Source: Terriglobia bacterium (lineage in GTDB: Bacteria > Acidobacteriota > Terriglobia > JAJPHL01 > JAPKYU01). From it: a stretch of 64,000 nucleotides of DNA. A program made the position numbers and the translations under genes. Numbering within the stretch: the first letter of the stretch is position 1; the number at the start of each line of letters is the position of its first letter. The notes beneath the pieces are model-generated. The model made no database searches, was not told the DNA's origin, and worked only from the letters and a program-made list of their open reading frames with translations. The DNA is taken from positions 544,001 to 608,000 of the forward strand of contig CBDBKE010000004.1 of NCBI GenBank assembly GCA_965206645.1, given 5' to 3'. Of this stretch, positions 37,492 to 47,952 are shown piece by piece.

Positions 37492-37773
37492 CTAGCTGGC
37501 CAACCGCTTCTGGATTTGCTGCTCGTAGTCAGGGAAGTAGCGCGCGATGACCGAAAGGTCAAACTGGCTGAGAATGGACTCCTTGGGTTCACGTTCCAGG
37601 AGGAACTCGAAGGACCGTCGAACCAGCTCCTCCGCCGAGATGTTCCCTCCGCTCAGCTTCCCATAGTACTCTTGCCGGACTGTGACACGGTGGGCGGACT
37701 GGCTCCTGCCTTCCGTAACCGTCACCAGGAACTCGCCTTCTTTCTTCTTCTCTACCTGAACAGTTGCAGGCAT
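37492..37773 (-). CDS. Conserved hypothetical protein
   Basis: SFEFLLEREPKESILSQFDLSVIARYFPDYE; GAGG RBS. Confidence 0.75.
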   Translation of the reverse strand: MPATVQVEKKKEGEFLVTVTEGRSQSAHRVTVRQEYYGKLSGGNISAEELVRRSFEFLLEREPKESILSQFDLSVIARYFPDYEQQIQKRLAS

Positions 37774-38048
37774 CGCCTCAGGTCAAACCTCTCGGTTATT
37801 CAGATTCCTCACACACGACGCTGGCCAACGCTTGCCAACTTCGGCCCAGCTTTGACCCAACTGCTGCCCAACTGCGGCAAAGAAAGCCAACTCGGGTAGC
37901 CATCCTAGCTCAGGTTCCGCGCAAAGCGTATGGCAAATCCACAGGTTCCTCAGCCGGATGACGCGGCCTTTCCCAACTGCGAATCGTTTGTAGCCTCGAT
38001 GGGAACGCGCCAGCCGACCGGCGGTTTCTGTTACAATCCGGTCTGAGC

Positions 38049-41000
38049 ATGAGCCGGCAGCAATTCGTTCACCTGCACCTGCACACAGACTACAGCTTGC
38101 TCGATGGCGCCTGTCGCATTGAGAAGCTGGTGGAAAAGGCCCGGGAGCAAGGCATGCCCGCCGTGGCGGTCACCGACCATGGCAACCTGTTTGCCGCCTT
38201 CAAGTTCTACGAGGCGGCCCAGAAGGCGGACATTAAGCCCATCCTCGGCTGTGAGGTATACGTGGCTCGGGGCAGCCGCCACAGCCGCTCCGAGCAGGAC
38301 CGCTACAACCACCTGCTGCTGCTTTGCCAGGATCAAACCGGATACCGGAACCTTAGCAAGTTGGTTTCGGCCAGCCACCTGGAAGGCTTTTACTACAAGC
38401 CGCGGGTCGACAAAGAATTGCTGGCGCAGCACAGCCGCGGGTTGATCTGCCTGTCTGCTTGCTTGCGCGGCGAGATTGCCGAGGCACTGACCGCCGACCA
38501 GTACGACGCGGCCAAGCGCTTGGCTTACACCTTCCAGGACATCTTCGGGCGGGAGAACTTTTTCCTGGAGATGCAGGACCAGGGCCTGGAATTGGAACGC
38601 CACATCAATCCCCACTTGTACCGGCTCTCGCAGGAAACCAGCATTCCGGTGGTGGCCACCAACGATACCCACTACTTGGAGCGCGGTGACTCCCGAGCCC
38701 ACGACGTGCTGCTTTGCATCCAGACCGGCAAGACTGTGGGCGAATCCAACCGGATGCGGTTTTCCACTGAGGAGTTCTACCTGAAGTCCTATGCCGAAAT
38801 GCACCAGGTATTCAGGGAAATTCCGGAGGTCCTGGAGCGCACGCTGGAGATCGCCGAGCGCTGTCATCTGAAACTGGACCGGGTCGAGGAACCGTTCCCG
38901 CAGTTCGCAGTTCCGCAAGGCTATACGCTGGACTCCTACTTTGATCAAGTCACTCGGCAAGGGTTTGAGAAACGGCGCGCGAAGCTGGAAGAGCTGGCGC
39001 GCGCGGGGCCGGTGAAGCACACGCTGGCTGAATACGAGCAACGGCTGGCGCAGGAAATCGACATCATCCAAAGGATGAAGTTTTCGAGCTATTTTCTTAC
39101 CGTATGGGACTTTATCCAGTTCGCCAGAAGGAACGGAGTCCCCGTCGGTCCCGGACGCGGCTCGGCGGCCGGCAGCGTGGTGAGCTGGGCGTTGGAAATT
39201 ACTGACCTCGACCCCCTCCACTATGGCCTGCTGTTTGAGCGCTTCCTGAACCCGGAACGCGTCAGCCTCCCCGATATTGACATTGACTTTTGTATGAACC
39301 GGCGCGGTGAGGTGATTGATTACGTTACCGCCAAGTACGGGCGCGACAACGTGGCCCAGATCATCACCTTTGGCACGCTGGGGGCCAAGCAAGCCATTAA
39401 GGACGTGGGGCGCGTCATGGACGTACCCTACGGGGAGATGGATCGGCTGGCGAAGCTGGTTCCCAATGTACTGAACATCACGTTGGACGAGGCCCTGGCG
39501 CAATCGGCTCCGCTCAAGGACGCGGTGGCGCGGGACGGGCGCCTGCAGGAAGTGGTCGACACCGCGCGGCGGCTGGAAGGATTCGTCCGCAACGCGTCAG
39601 TCCACGCCGCCGGCGTGGTGATCTCCCCAAAGCCGCTGACCGAACTGGTGCCGCTCTACAAGACCAACAAGGACGAGATTGTCACCCAGTTCGACATGAA
39701 CGACCTGGAGCACGCCGGCTTGTTGAAGATGGACTTTTTGGGCCTGACCACACTGACCATCGTCGACGACACGCTTCGGCTGCTGCGCGCCCGAGGTGTG
39801 GACCTGACGCTGGAGGAGATCCCCCTCGACGATGCTGAGACCTATGCGCTGTTCAGCCGGGGCCAGACCAGCGGTGTGTTCCAGTTTGAGTCGGGTGGGA
39901 TGCGCGACCTGCTCCGCCGCTACCGGCCCACCCGCCTGGAAGACTTGATTGCGCTGAATGCGCTGTACCGTCCTGGGCCCATCCAGGGCGGGATGATTGA
40001 CGACTTCCTCAAGCGCAAGCGCGGCGACCGTCCGGTGACATACGAGTTATCGGAACTGCGCGAGATTTTGGAAGAGACCTTCGGGGTCATCGTTTACCAG
40101 GAGCAGGTGATGCAGATCGCCCACCGCCTGGCCGGATATTCTCTGGGTGAAGCGGACCTGCTCCGCCGGGCCATGGGAAAAAAGAAACCCGAGGAGATGG
40201 CCGCGCAGCGCGAACGCTTCGTCAAGGGTGCCGTGTCGCGAGGCTTCCAGGAGAGAAAAGTTGCGCGAATTTTCGATTTGATGGAGCAGTTCGCCGGCTA
40301 CGGCTTCAACAAATCGCACTCGGCGGCCTATGCCTATCTGGCCTACATCACCGCCTATTTGAAAGCGCACCACCCGGTAGAGTTCATGGCCGCGCTGCTG
40401 ACCTCGGAAACCGGCAACACCGATAAGGTGGTGCGCTACATCAACGAGTGCCGGGAGATGGGGGTAACGGTGCTGCCGCCCGACGTTAATGTGAGCGAGA
40501 TTGACTTCACGCCCGCCGGCAAGGCGATCCGCTTCGGGCTTCGCGCCATCAAGAATGTCGGCGAGCAGGCCATCCGGGCGGTGCTGGAGGCTCGCAGTCA
40601 GCTCGGCCGCTTCACTTCCCTGCTCCAGTTCTGCGAAAAAGTGGAGTTGCGCTACCTGAACAAACGGGCTCTGGAAAGTCTGATCCGGGCTGGAGCAATG
40701 GATTCGCTCGGCGGCCGGCGCGCGCAGTTGATGGCCGGGCTGGACCGCGCGTTGGAGGCTGGTGCCAAGGTGCAGCGGGACCGTGAATCGGGCCAGCAGG
40801 GCCTGTTCAGCTTGCCTGCGACGGGTGCGTCCGTGGATCCCCACGGGCAGTTACCCGACGTTCCGGAATGGGAGGAGCGCCAGCTTCTAGCTGCCGAAAA
40901 GGAGACACTGGGGTTTTACGTGAGCGGCCATCCCCTGGCCTCGTATCTGGAGAAGCTGCGCGAGATTTGCTCGGCGGACACGGCCAGCCTGGAGAACCAC

Positions 41001-41510
41001 CCCGCCGGTGAAGAGGTGACCCTCGGCGGGCTCATTGCTGGCCTTCGCCAGATGCGTAGCAAGAAGGGTGACCCCTGGGCGATCGTTCAGCTAGAAGACC
41101 TGCACGGGTTCGTAGACCTGATGATCTTCCCGGAAACCTACCGGCGCGTCTCGGAGCGGATGCAGGCCGATGCAGCGGTCTTTGTGCGCGGTCGTGTCCT
41201 TACCGAAGAAAATACACCACCGAAGATCGCCGTGAGCGACATGGTGGCCCTGGACGCGGTGGAAGCGAAGCTACCGGAGAATCTGATCATTCGCATTCGG
41301 CTAAGCGCCAACGGGTCCGGTAACGGCGCCGCCCAGCGCCTGGCCGACCTGTTCAAGCGCAAGCCCGGCCGGGCCAACGTGCGGCTGGAAATCATCCGCG
41401 AAGGCAACTTCCGTGTCACCTTAGAGCCGACCCTGAAGGTCCGGCCTGACAAGGAATTTCTGTCCGCGGTGGAGACCATCTGCGGCAAAGGCTCGGTGGT
41501 AGTGATCTAG
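38049..41510 (+). CDS. dnaE: DNA polymerase III alpha subunit
   Basis: FVHLHLHTDYSLLDG, GPGRGSAAGS, PDIDIDF, KMDFLGL, YGFNKSH. Confidence 0.98.
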   Translation: MSRQQFVHLHLHTDYSLLDGACRIEKLVEKAREQGMPAVAVTDHGNLFAAFKFYEAAQKADIKPILGCEVYVARGSRHSRSEQDRYNHLLLLCQDQTGYRNLSKLVSASHLEGFYYKPRVDKELLAQHSRGLICLSACLRGEIAEALTADQYDAAKRLAYTFQDIFGRENFFLEMQDQGLELERHINPHLYRLSQETSIPVVATNDTHYLERGDSRAHDVLLCIQTGKTVGESNRMRFSTEEFYLKSYAEMHQVFREIPEVLERTLEIAERCHLKLDRVEEPFPQFAVPQGYTLDSYFDQVTRQGFEKRRAKLEELARAGPVKHTLAEYEQRLAQEIDIIQRMKFSSYFLTVWDFIQFARRNGVPVGPGRGSAAGSVVSWALEITDLDPLHYGLLFERFLNPERVSLPDIDIDFCMNRRGEVIDYVTAKYGRDNVAQIITFGTLGAKQAIKDVGRVMDVPYGEMDRLAKLVPNVLNITLDEALAQSAPLKDAVARDGRLQEVVDTARRLEGFVRNASVHAAGVVISPKPLTELVPLYKTNKDEIVTQFDMNDLEHAGLLKMDFLGLTTLTIVDDTLRLLRARGVDLTLEEIPLDDAETYALFSRGQTSGVFQFESGGMRDLLRRYRPTRLEDLIALNALYRPGPIQGGMIDDFLKRKRGDRPVTYELSELREILEETFGVIVYQEQVMQIAHRLAGYSLGEADLLRRAMGKKKPEEMAAQRERFVKGAVSRGFQERKVARIFDLMEQFAGYGFNKSHSAAYAYLAYITAYLKAHHPVEFMAALLTSETGNTDKVVRYINECREMGVTVLPPDVNVSEIDFTPAGKAIRFGLRAIKNVGEQAIRAVLEARSQLGRFTSLLQFCEKVELRYLNKRALESLIRAGAMDSLGGRRAQLMAGLDRALEAGAKVQRDRESGQQGLFSLPATGASVDPHGQLPDVPEWEERQLLAAEKETLGFYVSGHPLASYLEKLREICSADTASLENHPAGEEVTLGGLIAGLRQMRSKKGDPWAIVQLEDLHGFVDLMIFPETYRRVSERMQADAAVFVRGRVLTEENTPPKIAVSDMVALDAVEAKLPENLIIRIRLSANGSGNGAAQRLADLFKRKPGRANVRLEIIREGNFRVTLEPTLKVRPDKEFLSAVETICGKGSVVVI

Positions 41511-41535
41511 CAGCCTGCGTAAGAAACGGCCCAGT

Positions 41536-41645
41536 TGTCACTCCGAGCGAAGCGAGGAATCTGCTTTGCAACTTCACGCCTCGCTGGACAAGCAAATTGC
41601 GCGGGCCAACCGGCGGCTCCGGCGAAGCCCGCCCTCGGAATGACA
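41536..41645. repeat. REP-like palindromic intergenic element
   Basis: TGTCACTCCGAGCGAAGCGAGGAATCT ... CTCGGAATGACA inverted ends; partial copies at 60479-60510 and ~28020-28041. Confidence 0.7.
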
Positions 41646-41705
41646 CTCTGGAAAGGGTTCTCGGCATCCTGACAGGAATCTGCGGAAAGGTTTTCCACAA
41701 AAGAA

Positions 41706-42668
41706 ATGTCGTCTGAGCCGGAGCAGCCTGGTAGAGATCTGGAGGCCGTCGAGAAAGAGATTCGGGAACTGGAGCAACTCAGCCAGGAACCGGCCGCGCA
41801 GGAGCGGCTTCGGCATCTTCATACCATGGTGGAACAGATGCGGACCAACCAGGACAGCGGGCCACCGGCAGCATGGCGGAGCGTCCAGCTGGCGCGACAC
41901 CCGCAACGCCCATATTTCCTGGACTTGGTAGGATTGGTGTTCCAAGATTTCAGCGAAGTCCATGGCGATCGCAATTTCGCCGACGACCCGGCCATCGTCT
42001 GCGGCATGGCCCGCTTCCACGGTCGGCGAGTAGTCGCCCTGGGCCACCAGAAAGGGCGAACCACCAAGGACAAGTTGCGCCGCAACTTCGGAATGAGCAA
42101 GCCGGAGGGCTATCGCAAGGCCCTGCGGGTGATGCAGTTTGCCGCCAAGTTCGGGTGCCCTATCCTCACCTTTCTGGACACGCCTGGCGCCTACCCGGGC
42201 ACGGACGCCGAGGCGCGCGGACAGGCCGAAGCCATCGCCCGCAATCTGCGGGAGATGGCTCGACTGCCGGTGCCTATCGTGGTGACCTGCATTGGGGAGG
42301 GGGGTAGCGGCGGCGCGCTGGGCATTGGAGTGGGCGACCACATCCTGATCTTGGAGAACGCCATCTACAGCGTGATTTCCCCAGAGAGTTGCGCAGCCAT
42401 TATCTGGCGCGATTCAGGAAAAGCCGACTTGGCCTCCCAAGCGTTGAAGCTGACGCCACAGGACCTGCTCGGCCTGAAGCTGATAGACGAAATTGTTCCG
42501 GAACCGCCGCACGGTGCCCACACTGACCACCGGGCGGCCGCCGCTCTGCTGGAACCCGTCCTGGAACGCTGCCTGACCGAGCTGGAGCGCATTCCGCCGC
42601 GAGACCTGTTGGAACGCCGGCGGCAAAAATTCCGCAATATGGCGCAGTATTTCGAGAGCGAAGTCTAA
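41706..42668 (+). CDS. accA: Acetyl-CoA carboxylase carboxyltransferase alpha subunit
   Basis: ARHPQRP, HGDR, PEGYRKA, DTPGAYPG, GEGGSGGAL. Confidence 0.97.
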   Translation: MSSEPEQPGRDLEAVEKEIRELEQLSQEPAAQERLRHLHTMVEQMRTNQDSGPPAAWRSVQLARHPQRPYFLDLVGLVFQDFSEVHGDRNFADDPAIVCGMARFHGRRVVALGHQKGRTTKDKLRRNFGMSKPEGYRKALRVMQFAAKFGCPILTFLDTPGAYPGTDAEARGQAEAIARNLREMARLPVPIVVTCIGEGGSGGALGIGVGDHILILENAIYSVISPESCAAIIWRDSGKADLASQALKLTPQDLLGLKLIDEIVPEPPHGAHTDHRAAAALLEPVLERCLTELERIPPRDLLERRRQKFRNMAQYFESEV

Positions 42669-42756
42669 TCCGCAAAGGCCAGATGCTTCCCGCAGCAGAT
42701 CACTGTTGCGCTTGCCGCTTCGTCCAGGCCCTCAGGGAGTGGTATGGTGGGGCCGC

Positions 42757-43515
42757 ATGTTTCCCGCTTCCCCGGAACTGATCACTCTGTTACTGGCGCT
42801 GGTGTTCCTGGTGGCGGTGGCCTACTCTTCGGTGGGTCACGGCGGCGCGTCCGGCTACCTGGCAATGCTCAGCTTCTTTGGCCTGGCGCCCACGGTGATG
42901 GCCCCCAGCGCGCTCTGTCTCAACCTGCTGGTGGCTGGCCTGGCGTTCCTTCACTACCAGAGGGCTGGCCATTTCGTTTTCCGGCTGCTTTGGCCTTTCC
43001 TGCTGGCTTCAATCCCCGCGGCGTTCCTTGGAGGACTGACGGAGGTCCCTGCCCATCTCTACATGGGCCTGCTGGCCGCGGTGCTCGTGTTTGCGGCATT
43101 CCGCTTGCTGCTGGTCCTCCCACCGAAATACGAGGGGTCCTTCGTCAAGCCTCCCGGGCTGCGGGTGGCGCTCCCCATGGGGGCAAGCATTGGCTTTCTG
43201 TCCGGCATTATCGGTGTGGGCGGCGGGATCTTCTTGAGCCCCCTGCTGATTCTCCTGAAGTGGGCTGACGCCAAGCGCACCGCCGCCGCTTCAGCTGCTT
43301 TCATCTGGATCAATTCGGCCGCCGGGCTCTACGGCCACCTGTCGCGCAAATCGGTGGACTGGTCGGCCTTGGCCTGGATGGTCGGAGCAGCTTTCGCCGG
43401 CGGCTTGCTGGGCTCGTGGCTAGGCGCCCGCCGCTTCCGCGGTGTCTGGCTGTGCCGCATTTTGGGAGTCGTGCTGCTGGTGGCCACCATCAAGTTACTT
43501 CGTACCGCGTTCTAA
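42757..43515 (+). CDS. Sulfite exporter TauE/SafE family
   Basis: YSSVGHGGASGY, GVGGGIFLSP, multiple TM helices. Confidence 0.88.
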   Translation: MFPASPELITLLLALVFLVAVAYSSVGHGGASGYLAMLSFFGLAPTVMAPSALCLNLLVAGLAFLHYQRAGHFVFRLLWPFLLASIPAAFLGGLTEVPAHLYMGLLAAVLVFAAFRLLLVLPPKYEGSFVKPPGLRVALPMGASIGFLSGIIGVGGGIFLSPLLILLKWADAKRTAAASAAFIWINSAAGLYGHLSRKSVDWSALAWMVGAAFAGGLLGSWLGARRFRGVWLCRILGVVLLVATIKLLRTAF

Positions 43516-43556
43516 TCAGGTGCGAAACGCGTGTGCTTCCCTCAGCGCCTGCGCGC

Positions 43557-44546
43557 CTACGTGAGCCATTGGATCAAACGTGCAGCCGCCCAGGCAATCG
43601 CCGCGGTCACGGGGAAGGTCAGAATCCATGCCGTCACCACCTCGCGAGCCACCCTCCAGCGCACCGCGGTCCAGCGGTGGAGGGAACCGACCCCCATAAT
43701 TGAGGTATTAATGGTGTGCGTGGTGCTGAGCGGGATAGCCAGGACAGTTGCCAGCATGATGCACAGGCCAGCCCCGGTTTCGGCGGCAAACCCCTGGACC
43801 GGCTTCAAGCGGGTCATGCGACTGCCCATAGTGTGGATGATACGCCAGCCGCCGACCGCGGTGCCCAACCCCATGACGGACGCGCACAGCAAAATTACCC
43901 AGAACTGCACTTCGAATTTCGGCAAGATGCCGCCCAGCACCAGGGCCAGCGAGAACGTTCCGATGAACTTCTGGCCGTCGTTACTGCCGTGGCCGAACGC
44001 CATCAGCGCCGCCGAAAACATCTGCAGGCGTCCGAAATAGCGGCTTACTGTTTGCGGGCGAGCCTTCCGAAACAGCCAGACGATCGCCAGCATGATCAAG
44101 AACCCACCGCCGAATCCCAGGAAGGTAGAAAAGATGATCCCCTGGCCGACCTTGATCCAGCCGGCGCTGAGCAGAGCCTCCCAGCCGGCAGTGGCCAGCG
44201 CGGCGCCAGCCAGTCCGGACACCAGCGCGTGCGTTTCGCTGGTTGGCAGGCCATATTTCCACGCCACCGTGCTCCACACCACAATGCCAATCATCGCCGC
44301 ACCTACGGTGTGGATGTTGATGACGTTGGCATCCACGATGCCTTTCCCGATGGTGAAGGCCACGGCGGTTCCCCACATGGCTCCCAGCAGGTTCATGACA
44401 GCGGCCATGATGACTGCCCGCAGGGGGGACAGGACACGGGTGGCCACCACCGTGGCGATGGCATTGGGCGAGTCGGTCCAGCCGTTGACAAACTCAGCCG
44501 CCAGAATCAGCAGCAGCCAGGGGGAGAGGCGGATCCACTCATCCAT
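43557..44546 (-). CDS. pit: Inorganic phosphate transporter (PiT family)
   Basis: NGWTDSPNAIAT, GLPTSETHAL, HGSNDGQK, PLSTTH. Confidence 0.92.
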   Translation of the reverse strand: MDEWIRLSPWLLLILAAEFVNGWTDSPNAIATVVATRVLSPLRAVIMAAVMNLLGAMWGTAVAFTIGKGIVDANVINIHTVGAAMIGIVVWSTVAWKYGLPTSETHALVSGLAGAALATAGWEALLSAGWIKVGQGIIFSTFLGFGGGFLIMLAIVWLFRKARPQTVSRYFGRLQMFSAALMAFGHGSNDGQKFIGTFSLALVLGGILPKFEVQFWVILLCASVMGLGTAVGGWRIIHTMGSRMTRLKPVQGFAAETGAGLCIMLATVLAIPLSTTHTINTSIMGVGSLHRWTAVRWRVAREVVTAWILTFPVTAAIAWAAARLIQWLT

Positions 44547-44697
44547 AGGTCATCTATGGGCAATCTGGGAAAGAACAGTAGGCGACAACAGACGGGCAGA
44601 GGCTTGGCAGCCCCTGAGAAAACTAAACCTCAACCTGAACCGGGTGGTTGTGCCGGCCCGCACCTGCCGCTGGCTCATCGTGGCGACAATCGCAGGT

Positions 44698-45318
44698 TCA
44701 ACTGCTCTTCAGGACAATCGTTTCCAAAACGTCAGAGACGTCCTCGGCCTTATCTACGGCTGCTTCCAGCACTTCGTAGATTTCCTTCCACTTGATCAGC
44801 GTGATGGGGTCGTGCTCTTCTTCAAACAATTGGGCGATGGCGCTGCGGGAAATCGTATCAGCCTCGTGCTCCAGCCGGCTGACCTCTTGGCAATGGTCGA
44901 GGATTTTCTCGCCCTTGTCCAGGATGTGGGGCACGGCCTCCAGCAATTCCCCCGTGGCGCGCTTCACAATGCGAGCCAGTTCGATGCCGGCCGGGCGGAT
45001 GTCGTGAATCTTGAATAGCACCATGCGGGTGGAAACGGCGTCAATCAGGTCCAGCACGTCGTCCAGGCGGGACGACAAGGCGTGGATATCCTCACGGTCG
45101 AAGGGGGTGATAAAGGTCCGGTTGAGCCGGCGGATGATGTCGTGGGTCATCGTGTCGCCGCGGTGCTCCAGCTTTTTGATCTCGTCGGCCAGGTCGCGCA
45201 GGTCGTGGTCGGCCCCTTCCATCATCTTCAGCAGCGCCTGCGCGGCCTCGTGCAGCACACCCGCCTGCTCGCCGAACAGCTCAAAGAACTTCTCTTCCTT
45301 AGGAAGAATGCGAACCAT
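44698..45318 (-). CDS. DUF47 / PhoU-like Pit accessory protein
   Basis: LEHRGD, TFITPFDREDI, DDVLD, LEHEAD, KWKEIYE. Confidence 0.92.
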   Translation of the reverse strand: MVRILPKEEKFFELFGEQAGVLHEAAQALLKMMEGADHDLRDLADEIKKLEHRGDTMTHDIIRRLNRTFITPFDREDIHALSSRLDDVLDLIDAVSTRMVLFKIHDIRPAGIELARIVKRATGELLEAVPHILDKGEKILDHCQEVSRLEHEADTISRSAIAQLFEEEHDPITLIKWKEIYEVLEAAVDKAEDVSDVLETIVLKSS

Positions 45319-45443
45319 CAGTTCCCTCTAGAACAGCAAAATATGGCACGTCCGGCTTTCCCCGGTCAACCATGAAAAAGGGGCGGCCTTCCTCGCTACC
45401 CAAAGGCCCGCTTGGACTTCCCCGGTACTCTGCCCTTGCCAAA

Positions 45444-46121
45444 TCAGCTGGTTTTTGACCGTGCGTCTTCCAGGATGCGTCGCGCTCGGCTTGGGTTGAA
45501 GATGCCGCACGAGCAGAAACGCGCCATGTACTCGCACGCCTGCACCGACGTCCGCCGGCCCTCCCGCACCCAGTCAATCATCTTTTTCGCCAGGTTGAAC
45601 GAAACCATGCCGTGGCCGCACATGGTCGAGAGCTCCAACACGTGCCGGTTGGGGAGCTGGTCGAGCTGTCCCTGAAAGCCGAGCGAGTATTCCACGCTGT
45701 GACGAGTCAAGCCGGCGGCGCAGCAGCAGACCTGCGCGCCCTCCACCGAGGTGCTGACGTTCACTGAAATGCCCAGGTCGGCCTGCTTCACCTCGCCCAC
45801 GAACTTTTCTGCTGCCTCTAGATTATCGAAGACGACGGCCACCGTCGTGGGTCCATCCACCTGATAAATCACCTTGTCGAAATCTTTCGCGGTCTTGCGG
45901 CGCCAGTGCACGGTGGGTTTTAAGTCGGTGGCGGGTTCGAACAGAGAGCCGTACCGAGCGTTGCCCATGTTCACCGGGCCGTATTTGACCGCCAGGCGAA
46001 GAAAGGTGCGGAGCTTCTCGGCAGAGCCCTGATCATTGCGACCGCGGCTGGGGATGGCGAAGACGATGTAGTCGTCCCGAAACGTTTCTGCTTCGCCGTA
46101 GCGGTGCAGCGTGTTCGTCAC
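45444..46121 (-). CDS. Conserved hypothetical Cys-rich protein
   Basis: MTNTLHRYG...TMCGHGMVS...FCSCGIFNP; GGAG RBS before the GTG start. Confidence 0.75.
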   Translation of the reverse strand: MTNTLHRYGEAETFRDDYIVFAIPSRGRNDQGSAEKLRTFLRLAVKYGPVNMGNARYGSLFEPATDLKPTVHWRRKTAKDFDKVIYQVDGPTTVAVVFDNLEAAEKFVGEVKQADLGISVNVSTSVEGAQVCCCAAGLTRHSVEYSLGFQGQLDQLPNRHVLELSTMCGHGMVSFNLAKKMIDWVREGRRTSVQACEYMARFCSCGIFNPSRARRILEDARSKTS

Positions 46122-46200
46122 ACGTTTACTCCAGCCCTCCTATGTCAGCCTGGCGCCCTTGCTCGAACAGGGAGAAAGGCCCCCGCACGGTGGTACCCGC

Positions 46201-46767
46201 TCACTGGTGGAGGAACTTCCCCACGTAAGGAGAGTTGCGTTCGAACCCTGTTCCCTGCCTGCGGAAGTGACCTGACGGCCCCTCGCCCAAATACTCCGAG
46301 AACCAGGCCTCGTGCTCAATCTCTTCGTGAAGGATGGCGAGCGAAAGGTCATAGGTGCGATGGTCTTTGCCGGTGGTCAGGTTGCAGACTTGTGTATAGC
46401 CAGCCACCGCGCAGCGCTCGGCCTTCACCAATACGTCGAGCATGGCTTTAATGTCCGTCGGCTTATCGGGCAGGTAGGCGGGCGGGCAGGCCGAGATGTC
46501 GTGGAACTCGTTCATGTTCCTCGGCAGCTTACCGCCCAATTCGTAGATGCGCGGGACTAGCGCTTCGAAGTGATTCCGGTCTTCGATGCGGGCGTCCTCG
46601 ACGATTTCCTTTAGCCCTTCCCCGTCCAGCCCGATCAGGTTCGTACGCAGGATCGTGTAATAGTAGTAGGTGGTCAGTTCCGCCGAGGCGTTGCGGACCA
46701 GCAAGTCCAGTAGCTTGTTGACGTCCACCCCCGCTTTCTCGACGACTTAGCGAGCTATTCGAGCCAT
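46201..46767 (-). CDS. DPS-like (DPSL) ferritin-superfamily protein, with an early in-frame TAA
   Basis: AELTTYYYYT, EDRNHFE, HDISACPP, AERCAV..Y, EEIEHE; AGGAGG-ATG at 46767, then MARIAR*VVEKAGVDV. Confidence 0.85.
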
Positions 46768-46818
46768 AAGCTTCCTCCTTTTTCCTCAAGAGAAGTGTGG
46801 TTCAGAACTAGGTGCCGC

Positions 46819-47664
46819 TCACATTCTTGCCTCGGCCGCTTGGGCCTCGGCGGCCGCGACTGGCTGGGAGGCGCGCCCCAACCCGAGGTTGGTCTTGCCG
46901 CGGTGGAAGACGTACCCTTTTTCGGCCAGCAGCGGCGCCAGATGCCGGTCTTCGCCTTCCGCGTCGCAGCGAGTTGCGACGCCCACTGCCACGATGGTCT
47001 CCAGCCGCCGCGCCACCCCGGCAATCGTGTCCAGCACCTCGGGCACCTGCCCGATCGGGCATTTAAATTCGACGATGGCCGACAGGATTTTTTCTTCCAG
47101 AATGTCCTCACGGATTAGGCCGCGCACCGGGTCGCTCATCAGCGACGTCACCGGGTTGCGCTTTTCGAACTGGACCCCCAGGGCGGCCAGCGCCTCTGTC
47201 ATCTGCTGAATTTGGCGGAAGCGCACCCCGACCCCGGGTCGGCCAAACTCCACCGTGAACCCTGCCTCACCCATTTGAACACGCCCGGTGACGTCGTTGG
47301 TCTTCACTTCCTCAGTGCCGCGCCCGTGCACGCCGGTGCTCTCGTGAGGCACCTGCGGGTCGCTGAAGGCGCGGCGCACGACGCGAGGCCAGGCGAGCTC
47401 CTCAGGGGCAAACGCGGCAGTGGGGCAGATGTCCGGCTCCGGTTCGAAGCGCAAGCGAAACACGGCCAGCGCCTTGCGGATGGTTCGCACCAGGACCGGG
47501 TTGAGGTGCTCCTGGCTCATCCCGCGGAAGCAGGCGTAGCATTCGACGCATTCGTCGCGGTTGATGGTGGCGCGGCCAATCTGTGGGTCAACGTAAATCG
47601 CCCCCATCGGACAAACGGCGATGCAGTTGCCGCACGCCACACATTTCTGCGGGTCAATTCGCAT
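46819..47664 (-). CDS. 4Fe-4S dicluster protein with an uncharacterised C-terminal domain
   Basis: CVACGNCIAVCP, CVECYAC...ICP; GRGTEEVKTNDVTGR, EFGRPGVG. Confidence 0.8.
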   Translation of the reverse strand: MRIDPQKCVACGNCIAVCPMGAIYVDPQIGRATINRDECVECYACFRGMSQEHLNPVLVRTIRKALAVFRLRFEPEPDICPTAAFAPEELAWPRVVRRAFSDPQVPHESTGVHGRGTEEVKTNDVTGRVQMGEAGFTVEFGRPGVGVRFRQIQQMTEALAALGVQFEKRNPVTSLMSDPVRGLIREDILEEKILSAIVEFKCPIGQVPEVLDTIAGVARRLETIVAVGVATRCDAEGEDRHLAPLLAEKGYVFHRGKTNLGLGRASQPVAAAEAQAAEARM

Positions 47665-47952
47665 GCCATGCTTCCAGGCTGTTGGGGTCCCGGTTAGGAT
47701 TCTACCATTTGGTGAAGATGGGCAGGTCGAAGATTTGTCACACCTCAATCCAGGCTGGAAGTTATCGGCCAGGCTGGAAGTTATCGGGAGGACCTGCGAG
47801 TGGTGGACCGAATCAAGCAGGCGACAGGGACAGTATCCAGTGCGCCGCCGCGCACAGCGGCGCCGTAACGTTCTTTTCCTTGGCACAGAACATCAGGCTG
47901 GAAACTGGTTGCTGGGAGATGGCTGCTTGCTGCCCGCGCTGGACGACTACCC

